The position numbers were made by a program, and so were the translations under genes. DNA of 60,795 bases, filler included. It is 8 parts of 8 records of this genome, joined end to end, with 100 filler letters (N's around TTAATTAATTAA, not from the genome) between each part and the next. Parts side by side here need not be neighbours in the genome. Positions count along the whole stretch, not along the records: positions 21,326 to 26,424 come from SRR31147125_89735; positions 26,525 to 31,942 come from SRR31147125_89776; positions 32,043 to 42,776 come from SRR31147125_89921; 5 more parts are not named here. One strand, written 5' to 3'. Under the pieces are notes generated by a model that was given only the letters and a program-made list of their open reading frames with translations, did not search any database and had not been told where the DNA came from. Shown here piece after piece: positions 21,552 through 32,234 of this stretch (position 1 is the stretch's first letter; every line of letters begins with the position of its first letter).

Positions 21552-22952
21552 ATGAAAATTTTCAAACACTTGTCTACCCAAATTAGTTATCTCAGCTTTT
21601 TTGCCTTGGCGATATTCGCTTTGTCGATGACTACGGCATGTGGTGACAGTAGCAGTGACGATGACAACAGTGGAAACAACGGTGGAAGTTCATGCGAAGG
21701 AGATACCTGCTATCTCAGTGGAACAATCACAGAAAACATGACATTGACAGCAGACAAAAAATGGGTTCTTCGTGGTGGTGTTTTCGTTGGTGACGATACC
21801 AATGAAACTATACTTACAATCGAAGCCGGCACAACAGTTTACGGTGAAGCAAGCACAGTCGGTATGTTGGTTATTCGTCGTAGTGCCAAAATCATGGCTG
21901 AAGGAACAAAAGACAAACCGATCATTTTCACAAGTGCACAAAACGACGGTTCAAGAAGCCGTGGCGACTGGGGTGGTATCATTATAAACGGTCGTGCTCC
22001 AATCAACGGCTGCTCAGACGAAGACAAAACTAATGGCGCATGTGAAGCTCTTGGTGAAGGTGGTACAGGATATTATGGTGGAAACGATGCTAGCGATAGC
22101 AGCGGTACACTTCGTTATGTAAGAGTCGAATTTGCTGGTAAAATTCTGAGTCCGGATAATGAATTGAATGGAATCGCATTTCAGGGTGTCGGAAGTGGTA
22201 CAACTATCGAATACATTCAGGTTCATATGAACAAAGACGACGGCATCGAATTTTTCGGTGGAACAGCACAGGCCAAATACCTACTCGTAACCGGAGCCGC
22301 CGATGATTCATTCGACTGGACAGATGGCTGGACAGGAAAAGCCCAGTTCGTAGTGCTTCAACAGTACAGCGATGCAAGCGATCAGGGTATAGAAGCTGAT
22401 AACAGTGGTGAAGAAAACGATGCAACACCTCGCTCACATCCTACATTGGCCAACTTCACAATCATCGGTTCACCTGATAGCGAACACTCCGACCTTGGCG
22501 TTTTGCTTCGTGAAGGAACAGCCGCAAATCTCTACAACTTCATCGTAACTGGTTTTAATGACGCCTGTTTGGACATCGACCATACTGCGACTTTCACTGT
22601 GAGTGGAGCTCCTGATTCTTTGACCGGCGACCTTACAATGCAGTCAAGTGTTATCTCCTGTAGCACGAACTACAAAACAAACGATGAAAAAGATGAGGAC
22701 GACAATAAAGTCGATGATCCATGGAGCCTCGAAGATTGGTTTACCAAACAGAAAAATAATCAGGCAGCAGATCCTATTATCACCGCCCCATACAGTGCCG
22801 ACTCTCCTGATTTTAAGCTTAAAAGCGGTTCTCCTGCAGAATCCGGTGCAACATTTCCGAGTGATGACTTCTTCACTCAGGTAAGTTTCATTGGAGCAGT
22901 TGACACAGCAAACGATTGGACATCAGGCTGGACAACTAGCGCACTAAAATAG
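21552..22952 (+). CDS. Surface lipoprotein with predicted beta-helix (ElpS-like)
   Basis: Lipobox TTAC; PIIFTS, GDWGG, YVRVEFAG, DDGIEFFGG, DDSFDW, IEADN motifs; C-terminal WTSGWT. Confidence 0.75.
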   Translation: MKIFKHLSTQISYLSFFALAIFALSMTTACGDSSSDDDNSGNNGGSSCEGDTCYLSGTITENMTLTADKKWVLRGGVFVGDDTNETILTIEAGTTVYGEASTVGMLVIRRSAKIMAEGTKDKPIIFTSAQNDGSRSRGDWGGIIINGRAPINGCSDEDKTNGACEALGEGGTGYYGGNDASDSSGTLRYVRVEFAGKILSPDNELNGIAFQGVGSGTTIEYIQVHMNKDDGIEFFGGTAQAKYLLVTGAADDSFDWTDGWTGKAQFVVLQQYSDASDQGIEADNSGEENDATPRSHPTLANFTIIGSPDSEHSDLGVLLREGTAANLYNFIVTGFNDACLDIDHTATFTVSGAPDSLTGDLTMQSSVISCSTNYKTNDEKDEDDNKVDDPWSLEDWFTKQKNNQAADPIITAPYSADSPDFKLKSGSPAESGATFPSDDFFTQVSFIGAVDTANDWTSGWTTSALK

Positions 22953-23038
22953 TTTCGCACTATTTAGTAAATCAAAACCAATTTCAACGTGTATGGAGAT
23001 TTTTTCTTCATATGCGTTTTTGTATTTGAAAGATTGTC

Positions 23039-23848
23039 ATGAAAAGCAAAAAACAAGCAAAACTTCAACCGTTTTCTCCTAAAATTACAGTTATAATTGT
23101 GGTTCTTTTTGTGTTTTTCCGGGTAACTCCATCAATTGCCAAAGATATCAACGACCTAGCGAACAAACTGATTACACTTCGTGGTGAAGTAGATAGTTTA
23201 TCCTCCTCCCTGGAAGACGCAAAAGCTCAAACAAGAGATCAGCTTAGATCATTATCGAGACAAAAAGCGGATCTTGAAAGCCAGATTCAGCGAGAAAAGC
23301 TTAGGATAAAACAACTAAAGCAATCTCTCGAATCCCAGAAAGAGAGTTTGGCAACCACTTCTAAACTGGGAGATAAACTTTCTCCGGTAATATCACAAGC
23401 TTTGTCCAATATAAAAACATCGGTAAAAACCGGTATGCCTTTCAAGCAAAATGAGCGACTGGGAGAATTATCTGAACTACAAAGCAAATTAAGTTCTGGT
23501 ACACTTCCACCAAGCACGATACTTGCCAGATTATGGGCATTTATAGAAGATGAACTTAGATTGACCAAGGAGAGTGGATTATATCGCCAAACAATAAACC
23601 TGAACGGGAAAGAAGTTCTGGCTGATGTAGCACGTGTTGGCATGATAATGTTGTTTTTCAAGACAAGTGACGATCAGGTCGGAATGGCTACATCCAACGT
23701 AAACGGTTGGAATTTTAGCACTATCGAAAATCCGGATTCAAAAGAGCTTGTCATGAAATTCTTCGATTCACTGAAAAAACAAATTCGTCAGGGATATTTC
23801 ACTTTGCCAAACGCATTGCCGAAAGCTTTGGAGGTGAATCATGAATAA
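23039..23848 (+). CDS. DUF3450 (TtpB-like) periplasmic coiled-coil protein
   Basis: Signal peptide, long coiled coil, MPFKQNERL motif; lies directly upstream of the TtpC-like gene. Confidence 0.8.
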   Translation: MKSKKQAKLQPFSPKITVIIVVLFVFFRVTPSIAKDINDLANKLITLRGEVDSLSSSLEDAKAQTRDQLRSLSRQKADLESQIQREKLRIKQLKQSLESQKESLATTSKLGDKLSPVISQALSNIKTSVKTGMPFKQNERLGELSELQSKLSSGTLPPSTILARLWAFIEDELRLTKESGLYRQTINLNGKEVLADVARVGMIMLFFKTSDDQVGMATSNVNGWNFSTIENPDSKELVMKFFDSLKKQIRQGYFTLPNALPKALEVNHE

Positions 23849-25283
23849 GTTGATACTCTCGACAATTGCGATTCTTTCTCTTGTGTGTTTTACATTCGTT
23901 TCCAATGTTTCGGCAGAAGAAAAAAATAGCGGTTCGCTCTATCAAGCATACAAAAAAGAATTCGCTTTTTTAGAGGCGGAAAGAGCGAATCTTGAGAAAC
24001 GATTAAAGCTCGTTAACAAAAACGGAAAATCATCTATCCGGAAAGCGGAAAACGAAATAACTTCATTGCAAAACAAATTGCTAGGTTTATCCGCTCAGGC
24101 AGATGATTTGAATGAACAACTTATTAAGCTGGAACGCTTTAGCGAAAAAGGTATGGAAGAATCTGAGACCGTATCGAATACACTTTTACAAGCCATTACT
24201 TCTTTAGGTAAATATCATATTAAGATAGAACAACCTGCTGATGATGACCTTCATGAGACAATATCCTTACTGAACCCGACATTGGGAAAAGCAAACAGCT
24301 TATTAAATGATCTAAGAAAAATCAGATCAAAAAACGGAGCGTTCTTTTTAAGCAATGGAACTCAGGTAGAAGGTGAATTGATCCACATTGGAAATGTTGC
24401 AACATATGGAACGAGTTCCGGTGGCGGTGGTGCTCTCGCTCCAGCCGGAGGTGGAAAGCTTAAAGTCTGGGAACCTAAAAGCTTCGCAGATGCAAAAGCG
24501 ATACAAGACGGTTCTTCACCTGAAAGTATCTCAATTTTCCTCTATGATAATATAGACAAACCCATCGAAAAACGGAAAAGTAAAACAGCAAAAGAAGTTG
24601 TAGAATCCGGTGGAGTTATCGCCTGGGTTATAGTTTTTCTGGGACTTGCTGCGCTTCTCATGATTATTCTTCGCACTTGGTTTTTATCCAGATCATCTAG
24701 CCAATCTGAAAATTTGGTCAATCAGGTTGCATTAAGCCTTAAAGAAGGATGGCGGGAGGAAGCTTTGAAGCTTTGTAAAAACAGAAAAGGTGCTATTTCT
24801 CGAGTTTTAGCTGCAACCATCAGAAATCTTCATGAAGACAGAGAGCAACTGGAAGACAGAATAAGCGAAGCTATATTACATGAAACACCTTACCTCGAAC
24901 GCTTCGGAGCCGTAATCCTTGTTTTTGCAGCAGTTGCACCGCTTCTTGGTCTTCTCGGTACAGTTACGGGTATGATTTCAACCTTCGACATCATCACAGA
25001 ATTTGGTACAGGAGATCCCAAACTGTTATCAGGTGGTATCTCCGAGGCTCTTGTTACAACCGAACTCGGCCTTATCGTAGCTATCCCTACGCTGCTTTTC
25101 GGAAACTTGCTTACTGGATGGGCAAATAGAATAAAAACCGACATGGAACACTCGGCACTGCTTATCACAAACGTATATGTTTCATATGGTGAAAAGAAAA
25201 ATGAATTTGTCAAAGGCGTAAAAGAAAACGGTGAATCACAAACTGTAACAGGAAATAACGAACTAAACCCGATGGAGGCTTAG
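23841..25283 (+). CDS. TtpC-like long MotA/TolQ/ExbB protein
   Basis: Large periplasmic N-terminus, then APLLGLLGTVTGMI and GISEALVTTELGL. Confidence 0.9.
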   Translation: MNKLILSTIAILSLVCFTFVSNVSAEEKNSGSLYQAYKKEFAFLEAERANLEKRLKLVNKNGKSSIRKAENEITSLQNKLLGLSAQADDLNEQLIKLERFSEKGMEESETVSNTLLQAITSLGKYHIKIEQPADDDLHETISLLNPTLGKANSLLNDLRKIRSKNGAFFLSNGTQVEGELIHIGNVATYGTSSGGGGALAPAGGGKLKVWEPKSFADAKAIQDGSSPESISIFLYDNIDKPIEKRKSKTAKEVVESGGVIAWVIVFLGLAALLMIILRTWFLSRSSSQSENLVNQVALSLKEGWREEALKLCKNRKGAISRVLAATIRNLHEDREQLEDRISEAILHETPYLERFGAVILVFAAVAPLLGLLGTVTGMISTFDIITEFGTGDPKLLSGGISEALVTTELGLIVAIPTLLFGNLLTGWANRIKTDMEHSALLITNVYVSYGEKKNEFVKGVKENGESQTVTGNNELNPMEA

Positions 25284-25886
25284 TTGACAGGCTTATTCAA
25301 TCATCTTTTCGAATATTTTTCTCAGGGCGGTTTTGTTATGCCTCCCCTGATTGTTGCTACTCTTCTACTTTGGTACGCTCTTGGATACAGATTTGCAACG
25401 TTAAAACGTGGAAATCGTCGTAGTATTCGTATTCTCGCAGACAGATATAAAAACGGTTATGATAAAACACCTTCAGGCATAATCGACTCTGCTATTGTTC
25501 AGGGAATAGAGCTTGCCAAAACAAATCAAAAACACTTAAGAGATTTTCTTGACGATGCTTTCGCCTGGTATGAACGAGATATTGGGAAATATTCAATGCT
25601 AGTAAAAAGCATAGTAATTATCGCACCTCTTGCCGGATTATTGGGGACTGTTACGGGTATGATCGAGACTTTTGACTCTCTTGGCGATATGTCACTGTTT
25701 TCCCAATCAGGAGGTATTGCCGGTGGTATAAGTCAAGCGCTTTTTTCTACACAAATGGGACTTGCAGTGGCTGTTCCTGGAAGAATAGTCGGAAGAATTC
25801 TCGACAAAAGAGAAAGTTCATTTAACAGAGAACTGGCTCAGATCAAGGATATTCTATGTTCAGAAACCGATAAGGATAAAAAATGA
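25284..25886 (+). CDS. exbB: ExbB proton channel
   Basis: APLAGLLGTVTGMIETF and GISQALFSTQMGL motifs. Confidence 0.88.
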   Translation: MTGLFNHLFEYFSQGGFVMPPLIVATLLLWYALGYRFATLKRGNRRSIRILADRYKNGYDKTPSGIIDSAIVQGIELAKTNQKHLRDFLDDAFAWYERDIGKYSMLVKSIVIIAPLAGLLGTVTGMIETFDSLGDMSLFSQSGGIAGGISQALFSTQMGLAVAVPGRIVGRILDKRESSFNRELAQIKDILCSETDKDKK

Positions 25887-26287
25887 AGTTCAAAGACAGA
25901 CAGGATAACGACCAAAATATCGATATCAGTCCATTGATAGACATGGTTTTCATTTTGCTGATCTTTTTTATGGTCAGTACTACGTTTGTTAAAGATATGA
26001 AAATAGACATCGAGAGACCGGGAGCAGCTTCCAGCGTTCAGGCTAGCACAAAATCGATGAGAATACACCTTGATCGTGGTGGCGATATTTTTATCGAAGG
26101 ACAACCGGTAAGACCCTGGATGCTACAAAGCAGAGTAAGGGACTTTATCAGAGCGGGAGCCAATAAAACCATTCTTGTTATAACGGATAGGCTGGTCGAT
26201 GCTGAAAAACTGATCGAGGTTGTGGATCAATGTCGCCTTGGTGGCGCCTCGGGTGTAGGTGTTGCAACTGAAAAAGAAGCCGGTTAG
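25883..26287 (+). CDS. exbD: ExbD
   Basis: ISPLIDMVFILLIFFMV motif. Confidence 0.93.
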   Translation: MKFKDRQDNDQNIDISPLIDMVFILLIFFMVSTTFVKDMKIDIERPGAASSVQASTKSMRIHLDRGGDIFIEGQPVRPWMLQSRVRDFIRAGANKTILVITDRLVDAEKLIEVVDQCRLGGASGVGVATEKEAG

Positions 26288-26292
26288 TTAAA

Positions 26293-26424
26293 ATGGATAA
26301 AAAACTGAAGCGAAAACTAATTGCTTTGTTGTGGATGATATGTGGTTCCTCGCTTATGTTCGCACTATTGCTAATTATGAATGAATATATAGAAAAACCG
26401 AAACCGACGGACTCATTATCGAAT
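26293..26424 (+). CDS. Probable TonB N-terminus (3' truncated)
   Basis: MDKKLKRKLIALLWMICGSSLMFALLLIMN single TM anchor immediately after exbD. Confidence 0.6.
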
Positions 26425-26524
26425 NNNNNNNNNNNNNNNNNNNNNNNNNNNNNNNNNNNNNNNNNNNNTTAATTAATTAANNNNNNNNNNNNNNNNNNNN
26501 NNNNNNNNNNNNNNNNNNNNNNNN
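26425..26524. other. Artificial contig spacer
   Basis: N44-TTAATTAATTAA-N44. Confidence 0.99.
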
Positions 26525-26549
26525 TCTCCGGGAACATGTGTGTGCGTAC

Positions 26550-27438
26550 ACTCTTCTTTGAAGTTGAAGTAGGCCGTAAGGTGACGACACTCGTGATTTC
26601 CACGAATAAGGAAGAAGTTGTCGGGGTAATTGATCTTGAGGGAGAAGAGGAGGAGTGCCACCTCAGATGAAAAGCAGCCCCGATCGACCTGGGAGTGGGT
26701 GGGTCCGTCAAGGGATACACTAGCAACGCAGCGATCCCTCTGTCGTACATAGTCGCCCAGAAAGAGGTACGTTGTGTCCCCTGGGGTCCCTCCAATCTCA
26801 AAGATCTTCACAGCATCGAAGAATTGTCCGTGGATATCCCCTACAACCGTCACAGACCTTCACATTGATGAGTATGATCTCTAGGAATCCGTGTCCTCCC
26901 TCCCCCACAACCCCTCACCCATCAATCGCCAACAGATTCGGTTCATCACGAAGCAGTTCACCCGCTCGTAGAATGATTTCTGAGGCGTCTTCGCAGGTTA
27001 GGCGCCCTTCCATCTTGAAGTGCCCCTTGAGCCTCTGTGCCCCTCCCTTGTATGACAACGAGCGACCCCAGGTGAGGGAGAACACGCGTGTACGCACTTC
27101 CACGTCCACTCGACCGTCCACCCACAGCTCGTCCCTTGAAAGCCGCTCGGACAGTGGCTGCGCGACGTCCTTTACTGCCCTGGAGCCATACGAGAGGAGA
27201 CAACGCATGAAGACACGTTCCATTGGGGTGGTGCCCTCTCCCCCCGAACGGGCCCTCTCCATTCCACGGCGCCCACGTGCATCAACCTCTCCTCCTCTAT
27301 AATGTTGCATCCCACCCCTTCGTTTCGTACGCGCGCCCACCGTTCCGTAGTACTCGCCAGTAGGGGAAGGGCAGCAGTGCCCTCACTGGTCGCCATAGGC
27401 ACAGGCAGTGCGGGAGACGCATTGTGTTCGCCGTCCAT
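26550..27438 (-). CDS. Eukaryotic calcineurin A (PP2B catalytic subunit), spliced, 3' truncated
   Basis: Exons 27438-27341, 27179-27098, 27034-26919, 26857-26749, 26688-26550 joined over GT-AG introns give [52 protein letters not shown]. Confidence 0.9.
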
Positions 27439-27624
27439 GCTAGGGGGCCTGAGGTGGGGTGTGGGTAAGGTTCTTCTGTACGCCGCCCGTCCATCCGTCC
27501 ATCCATCCATCCACCCCCCACGAACCCTGGTTGGGTGGCGACGACACGGCCCTGAGTACCTCGTGGTATGTGTATGTCACGACCCTACTACGGGAGTGGA
27601 GAGAGGAGAAAGGGCCTTGGTGTT

Positions 27625-27770
27625 GGATGAGTTGATGATGATGATGTTGTTGATGTTGATGTTGTTGATGATGTTGTTGTTGTTGTTGTTGAATGATCAC
27701 AATGATCACAATGATGCGGATGAAGATGATCACAATGAGGATGGATGAGGATGATCGCAATGAGGATCGT
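27625..27770. repeat. (GAT/GTT)n microsatellite plus GATCACAAT-like repeats
   Basis: Direct reading: gatgatgatgatgttgttgatgttg... then atgatcacaatgatcacaatg. Confidence 0.9.
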
Positions 27771-27808
27771 ATACCCTCTTCCCTTTCTGCCGTGTTGGGG
27801 AACCCGTC

Positions 27809-28845
27809 ATGGAACCTCCTGTACCCCCAAAGCCTCCCAAGACAATGCAGGAGAAGGAACACACAGGACGTGTGATCTTCGTCTTGGAACAAGCACACCT
27901 GGAAACTGTCAAGGTATACGCGCACTCGTTGGGAGAGACTCAAAGAGGGTCGTGGGGAGACAGGTGGGGCGGGAGTTCCAGCTTCTCAACTGCGACGATC
28001 ACAAGGAAGTAATGCGCCGTGCAGGACGCGACTTTGCCGATGCACGACCCGACATTGTGCACCAGGTACCATGCCATAGTGTGGGGAGTGTAGAGGTGGG
28101 GGTGTCATCCATCAGACTTCTCGTTCGCAGGTCCTTCTCACACTTCTCGATAGTCCCCTTAACAAAGCCGGCAAACTCCAGGTACCTCTGAGCACGTCTC
28201 AACGTGAAATTATCGATCTTCTTATATACGAGCCCAACAGATCTTCATCCACACGCAAAAAGGTGTTCTGATTGAAGTCAGTCCCCATATGCGAATCCCA
28301 CGAACATACAAACGATTTGCGGGACTCATGGGTGAGGAAAAGATCGTGTAAGGGTGTGGGAAGGAGGTTCATACCGTCGTGATCAGTGCAACTTCTACAC
28401 AAATTGAAGATCCGTGCGACGAACGGACCCGAGATCCTTCTTCGAGTCATTAAGAACCCTGTTACCGATCACCTTCCGACGAATTGCAGAAAGATTGGTA
28501 CGTTGATAGCTGCCGGGTACGCACACTCACGCACTCTCTGGGAACCGCCTTCCTCTCTCTCTCAAGGGACTTCCCACAACGCCCCCAACCTTGTGGACGT
28601 GGTTGAATTCATTCCCACACTCCCCTCTGATCGTCCTGTCGTCTTCTTTGTGGGAGCAATGGCACACGGATCTGTGTGTAGAACGTGTAGTGCAGGAGCA
28701 CAGGACAGAAGTACTCACATTGTTCTGTCAGGTGGATATGGATGATATGGATCAAGTCATTTCCATTAGTGAGTACCCGTTGAGCGCATCCGTGTGTTGT
28801 GGAAGGATTTGCAATGCGTTCGAGTGTTTCTACGACATTCTGTAG
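27809..28845 (+). CDS. EMG1: NEP1/EMG1 18S rRNA pseudouridine N1-methyltransferase, 7 exons, 226 aa
   Basis: Exons 27809-27913, 27964-28065, 28131-28181, 28241-28331, 28387-28497, 28567-28673, 28732-28845 splice in frame to [63 protein letters not shown]. Confidence 0.95.
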
Positions 28846-28944
28846 GGTATTCATCCCAGTCCTTGTACGTGGAGAATTGTCATAGAGGAATGATTTCCAT
28901 TATATGCCCCTGGAGTGCATCACGAAAGAGAGCCAAATTCTCAA

Positions 28945-30725
28945 TCATTCCAACGCGATGGAGTCGTTGGAGAGTGAGAATACCATCAATGCCTCGATCA
29001 CGGACATACACGCGTACTGGGCAAGGGAACCCATCTTAGAGGAGGTACAATGGGGAGTAGTAGGGGGCGTACAGAGAGCCTTGCTGGCAGCACGAACGTC
29101 GTCGCATTTGTCCATCATTCCTCCAACAAGGACTTGTCGGAGAAGCTCACTGCTTGTGTTGTCGAGGGCATGAGGAATGTTGGGATGGTTCTCCAATGCA
29201 CGAAGTGCACAAACGCGGATCTGAGCATCACGATCTTGCAAAGGATGAATATACGCGGTGAATGAGAGTGTTATCATGCACACCTCTGGCCTTGGCAAGG
29301 AGTAATTCAACCTGGGGATTTCCTGTTGGGAGAGTGTACGATGATGGGCATGCTCGGTACTGTGGTGCTCCAAACGTACCCACAGTATGCTCAACCAATT
29401 TCTGCAATGCCAGACGTCGAACCCCCTTGACAGGATCCTGCAAAGTTGAATGGAGCAAGAGATCGTTCTCCCTCTCACCACACCCAACCGCAGTCATCTC
29501 TACATGTGGATTAAAGTGTGTAAAGAAGGGAAAAGGACTTCATTCCCACCGTGGAGGCATCGAATACGGACGGAAGCATCGGGATCTGTGTGTACACACG
29601 TTGCGAGAAGTTCCCATGCGTTTTCGTGGTCCAATACGCTCGAAAGGGTGCATATCGTTGTTTCGCGCAGTTGTGCTGAGAAGTGTGAGGATGATAAAGG
29701 TGAGGATTTTCTTCCCACGAACGGACCTGAGGTCGGAAGGGAATCAGGGGAAAGCATTCGTCGGAGTGTCGTTTCAACGATCCCCTTGAGTCGTACATTG
29801 AGAATCCCAGCCCTTCGGATGGATTCCACTGTTTGTTTGTGGCGACTATCACCACAAAGCTTCGAAAGATCCAAACTACTTGTGTGAAGAAGAAGTTGTT
29901 CGAGGAACTGTTGAAATGCCGACTTGATGGACATTGGACATGTGTGAAACCCACAAATCGTATCCTTACCGCGTGTTTCACAAAGACTGCTACCATCCAT
30001 TCTGCACAGCGATCACAATTGATTTCCGTGGAGAGGAAAAACGGTATCTCGTGTGCGATGCGGATAATATCTGGTATCCATGCATGCATGTGAGAGAAAT
30101 CCACGAAACAACTAGAACACACATATATACCTATCAGATCATAGAGGAATTCACCACTTGGTGCAGATGCATCAAGAAAGGATGGTCCCCTGAGTTTGAT
30201 CACTGCATGATCCTCCTCATCCCCGAACAGTGAAGATACGAGTAGTAAGAGGCGAAAGGAGTAGATGGTACGAGAAGGCAGGGGAGGGTCTTCAAGATGC
30301 CTGCCGTGAAGAAGCAGAATACGAACGAGGCGAACTTCAACTCCCGAATGCACAGCTCTGTTCACAAGAGAGGACAGGAAGCTCATCTGATCGTGTGAAT
30401 CGTGTGGATCGTGTTCTGAGAAATCTACCAGTTGCATGACAAGCTCCCGCCAAAAGGTATCGGGAAGGAGGCATTCCAATGCACGAATGCACACTGTGAG
30501 CCTGTCCACGTCATCTTGGCACATGTGTTCCTCACCACTTTGGTTGTCTTGTTGCCTCATCATGTGAATTCCATCCAACACGGCTCGGCCAAAGGAATGA
30601 GCAAGTTGGTGGGCCGTAGTCGAAGAGACGAGACCACAGGCTTGGAAGATGTCCGCTACATCACACACCCTGAGGTCCTGGAGAAGTCTGTCCATTGCCA
30701 TCCGGAGATGACGACGGACTGTCAT
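28945..30725 (-). CDS. Multi-exon eukaryotic hypothetical protein with HEAT-like repeats (exon structure unresolved)
   Basis: Staggered minus-strand ORFs containing DPDASVRIRCL, DPVKGVRRLAL, DRDAQIRVCAL and DKCDDVRAAS segments. Confidence 0.5.
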
Positions 30726-30899
30726 AATGGAGAAAGGGAAGAGGGAATGGATTCATTCCATTCCAAGGAAATCACACATTGATCTTCTGAGAGTGGGATC
30801 TACACCAGAAGATGTGTTGTCGAGTCTGATGAGCCGATGAGCGGAAGGACGCTTTTCAGGGACGCTTCCGAAAGATCCGAAAGAACCCCTCCCCTTCCC

Positions 30900-31942
30900 T
30901 CACATATGTGAATCGGTAAGGGCCCCCACAAACGTCTCAAGTGCCTGGGTGTAGTCCTCAAAGTGGTCACGGTGGATGCTGACATGTGCTGCCTGAACAT
31001 AGCAAGGTGGGTTTCCCTCCTAATCGAACGTACAACTCACCTCCGTAAAACGCAACGACGTCACCGGCCGGCCTTGCTCGCGTGCTCTTTTCACCCATGC
31101 CTCAACTTCACTGGAGGGGATCAGTTGATCGGCTTGGGAATAGAAGACCAACATGGGTGTCGCCGGCTGATCAACTCTATGCTTAGAAGTGGGTGCTGTA
31201 CCATTGTATCACACACCGATTCATTCTCGACACGGCTCATCATGGATTGGACTCTGTCCTGAAAGGAACGTTTCTTGACATAGGCACGGAAGAAAGCCCT
31301 GAAGAGTGGTGTAAAGAGCCAGTGTTGATAGGCGGGAGGTTTTCTGTGATCCGATCTCATCAAACAATCCTTTCCCATCCAAGGTGCGGACGCACGTACC
31401 CACGACGAAGGGTTCCCATGAGAGCCGCAACCACGCCGCGTGTGAACATCTCAACGCCAATAAACAAAGCCGCAGAATCAACCACCAACCCTTTGAATTG
31501 GGTTCGGAGATGTTGAAGCTACCCAACGGGTGATGAACAAGGGAAACAAAGGGAACAAGGGGTGCAAATACCTCCTTGTTTTCTGTTGTGCTTAGATGAT
31601 GGAGAAGATGGGCATAGGCGGCAAGACCATTATTGGAGAATGCGTGAAAGACAAGCGGTTGGATTGGATGGGCCACCTTCGTGTTCATTGGTCAGCTCTC
31701 TGCTAGCATTCCCCCACTCCTACACACACACACCTTAAGAAGTCCATTCGCCAGTTCTTTGGCTTGCATGCACGATCGCTTTGTGGAGATCCTGAAAGAG
31801 GATTGGCTAATCGTGTACTCGAGGGTTTCCCTATGTACGTACGTATTGCTCAGCTTTGAAGTGGTGTGGACAACCGTATTTCCTTCGTCATGATACCATT
31901 CGATCAACCTGCGGAGGTGCCTGACACGACATCCCAGCCATC
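30900..31942 (-). CDS. TMEM53/DUF829 family protein, spliced, 5' truncated
   Basis: Exon fragments GWLGC..HL, FHAFSNNG, VDSA, YSQADQLIP and HVSIHRDH..Y, ending LTDSHM* at 30900. Confidence 0.8.
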
Positions 31943-32042
31943 NNNNNNNNNNNNNNNNNNNNNNNNNNNNNNNNNNNNNNNNNNNNTTAATTAATTAANN
32001 NNNNNNNNNNNNNNNNNNNNNNNNNNNNNNNNNNNNNNNNNN
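31943..32042. other. Artificial contig spacer
   Basis: N44-TTAATTAATTAA-N44. Confidence 0.99.
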
Positions 32043-32234
32043 CCCAGACTTTTTGAATAATTGAAATATATTAACTCTGCTTTTCGGATGCAAGAACAAA
32101 GTAATACCAGGGTACCCCCGATTTTTTAATCAAGGAACAGGATTAATTATTATGAATATTGGAGTATTTAAGCACTTACCCTTCCTGATACTGATAAACA
32201 AAACTATTGGCTATGCAGACATGAAGGCATTGCT

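Noticed and set aside
27440..27943. PolyQ/polyH ORF and the polyM/L ORF on the opposite strand
   Set aside because: These are translations of the GAT/GTT microsatellite and overlap the NEP1 or calcineurin gene models.
26525..31942. Alternative genetic code in the eukaryotic contig
   Set aside because: The stops in the reconstructed NEP1 and calcineurin genes are all explained by GT-AG introns, and genes end in TAG or TGA.
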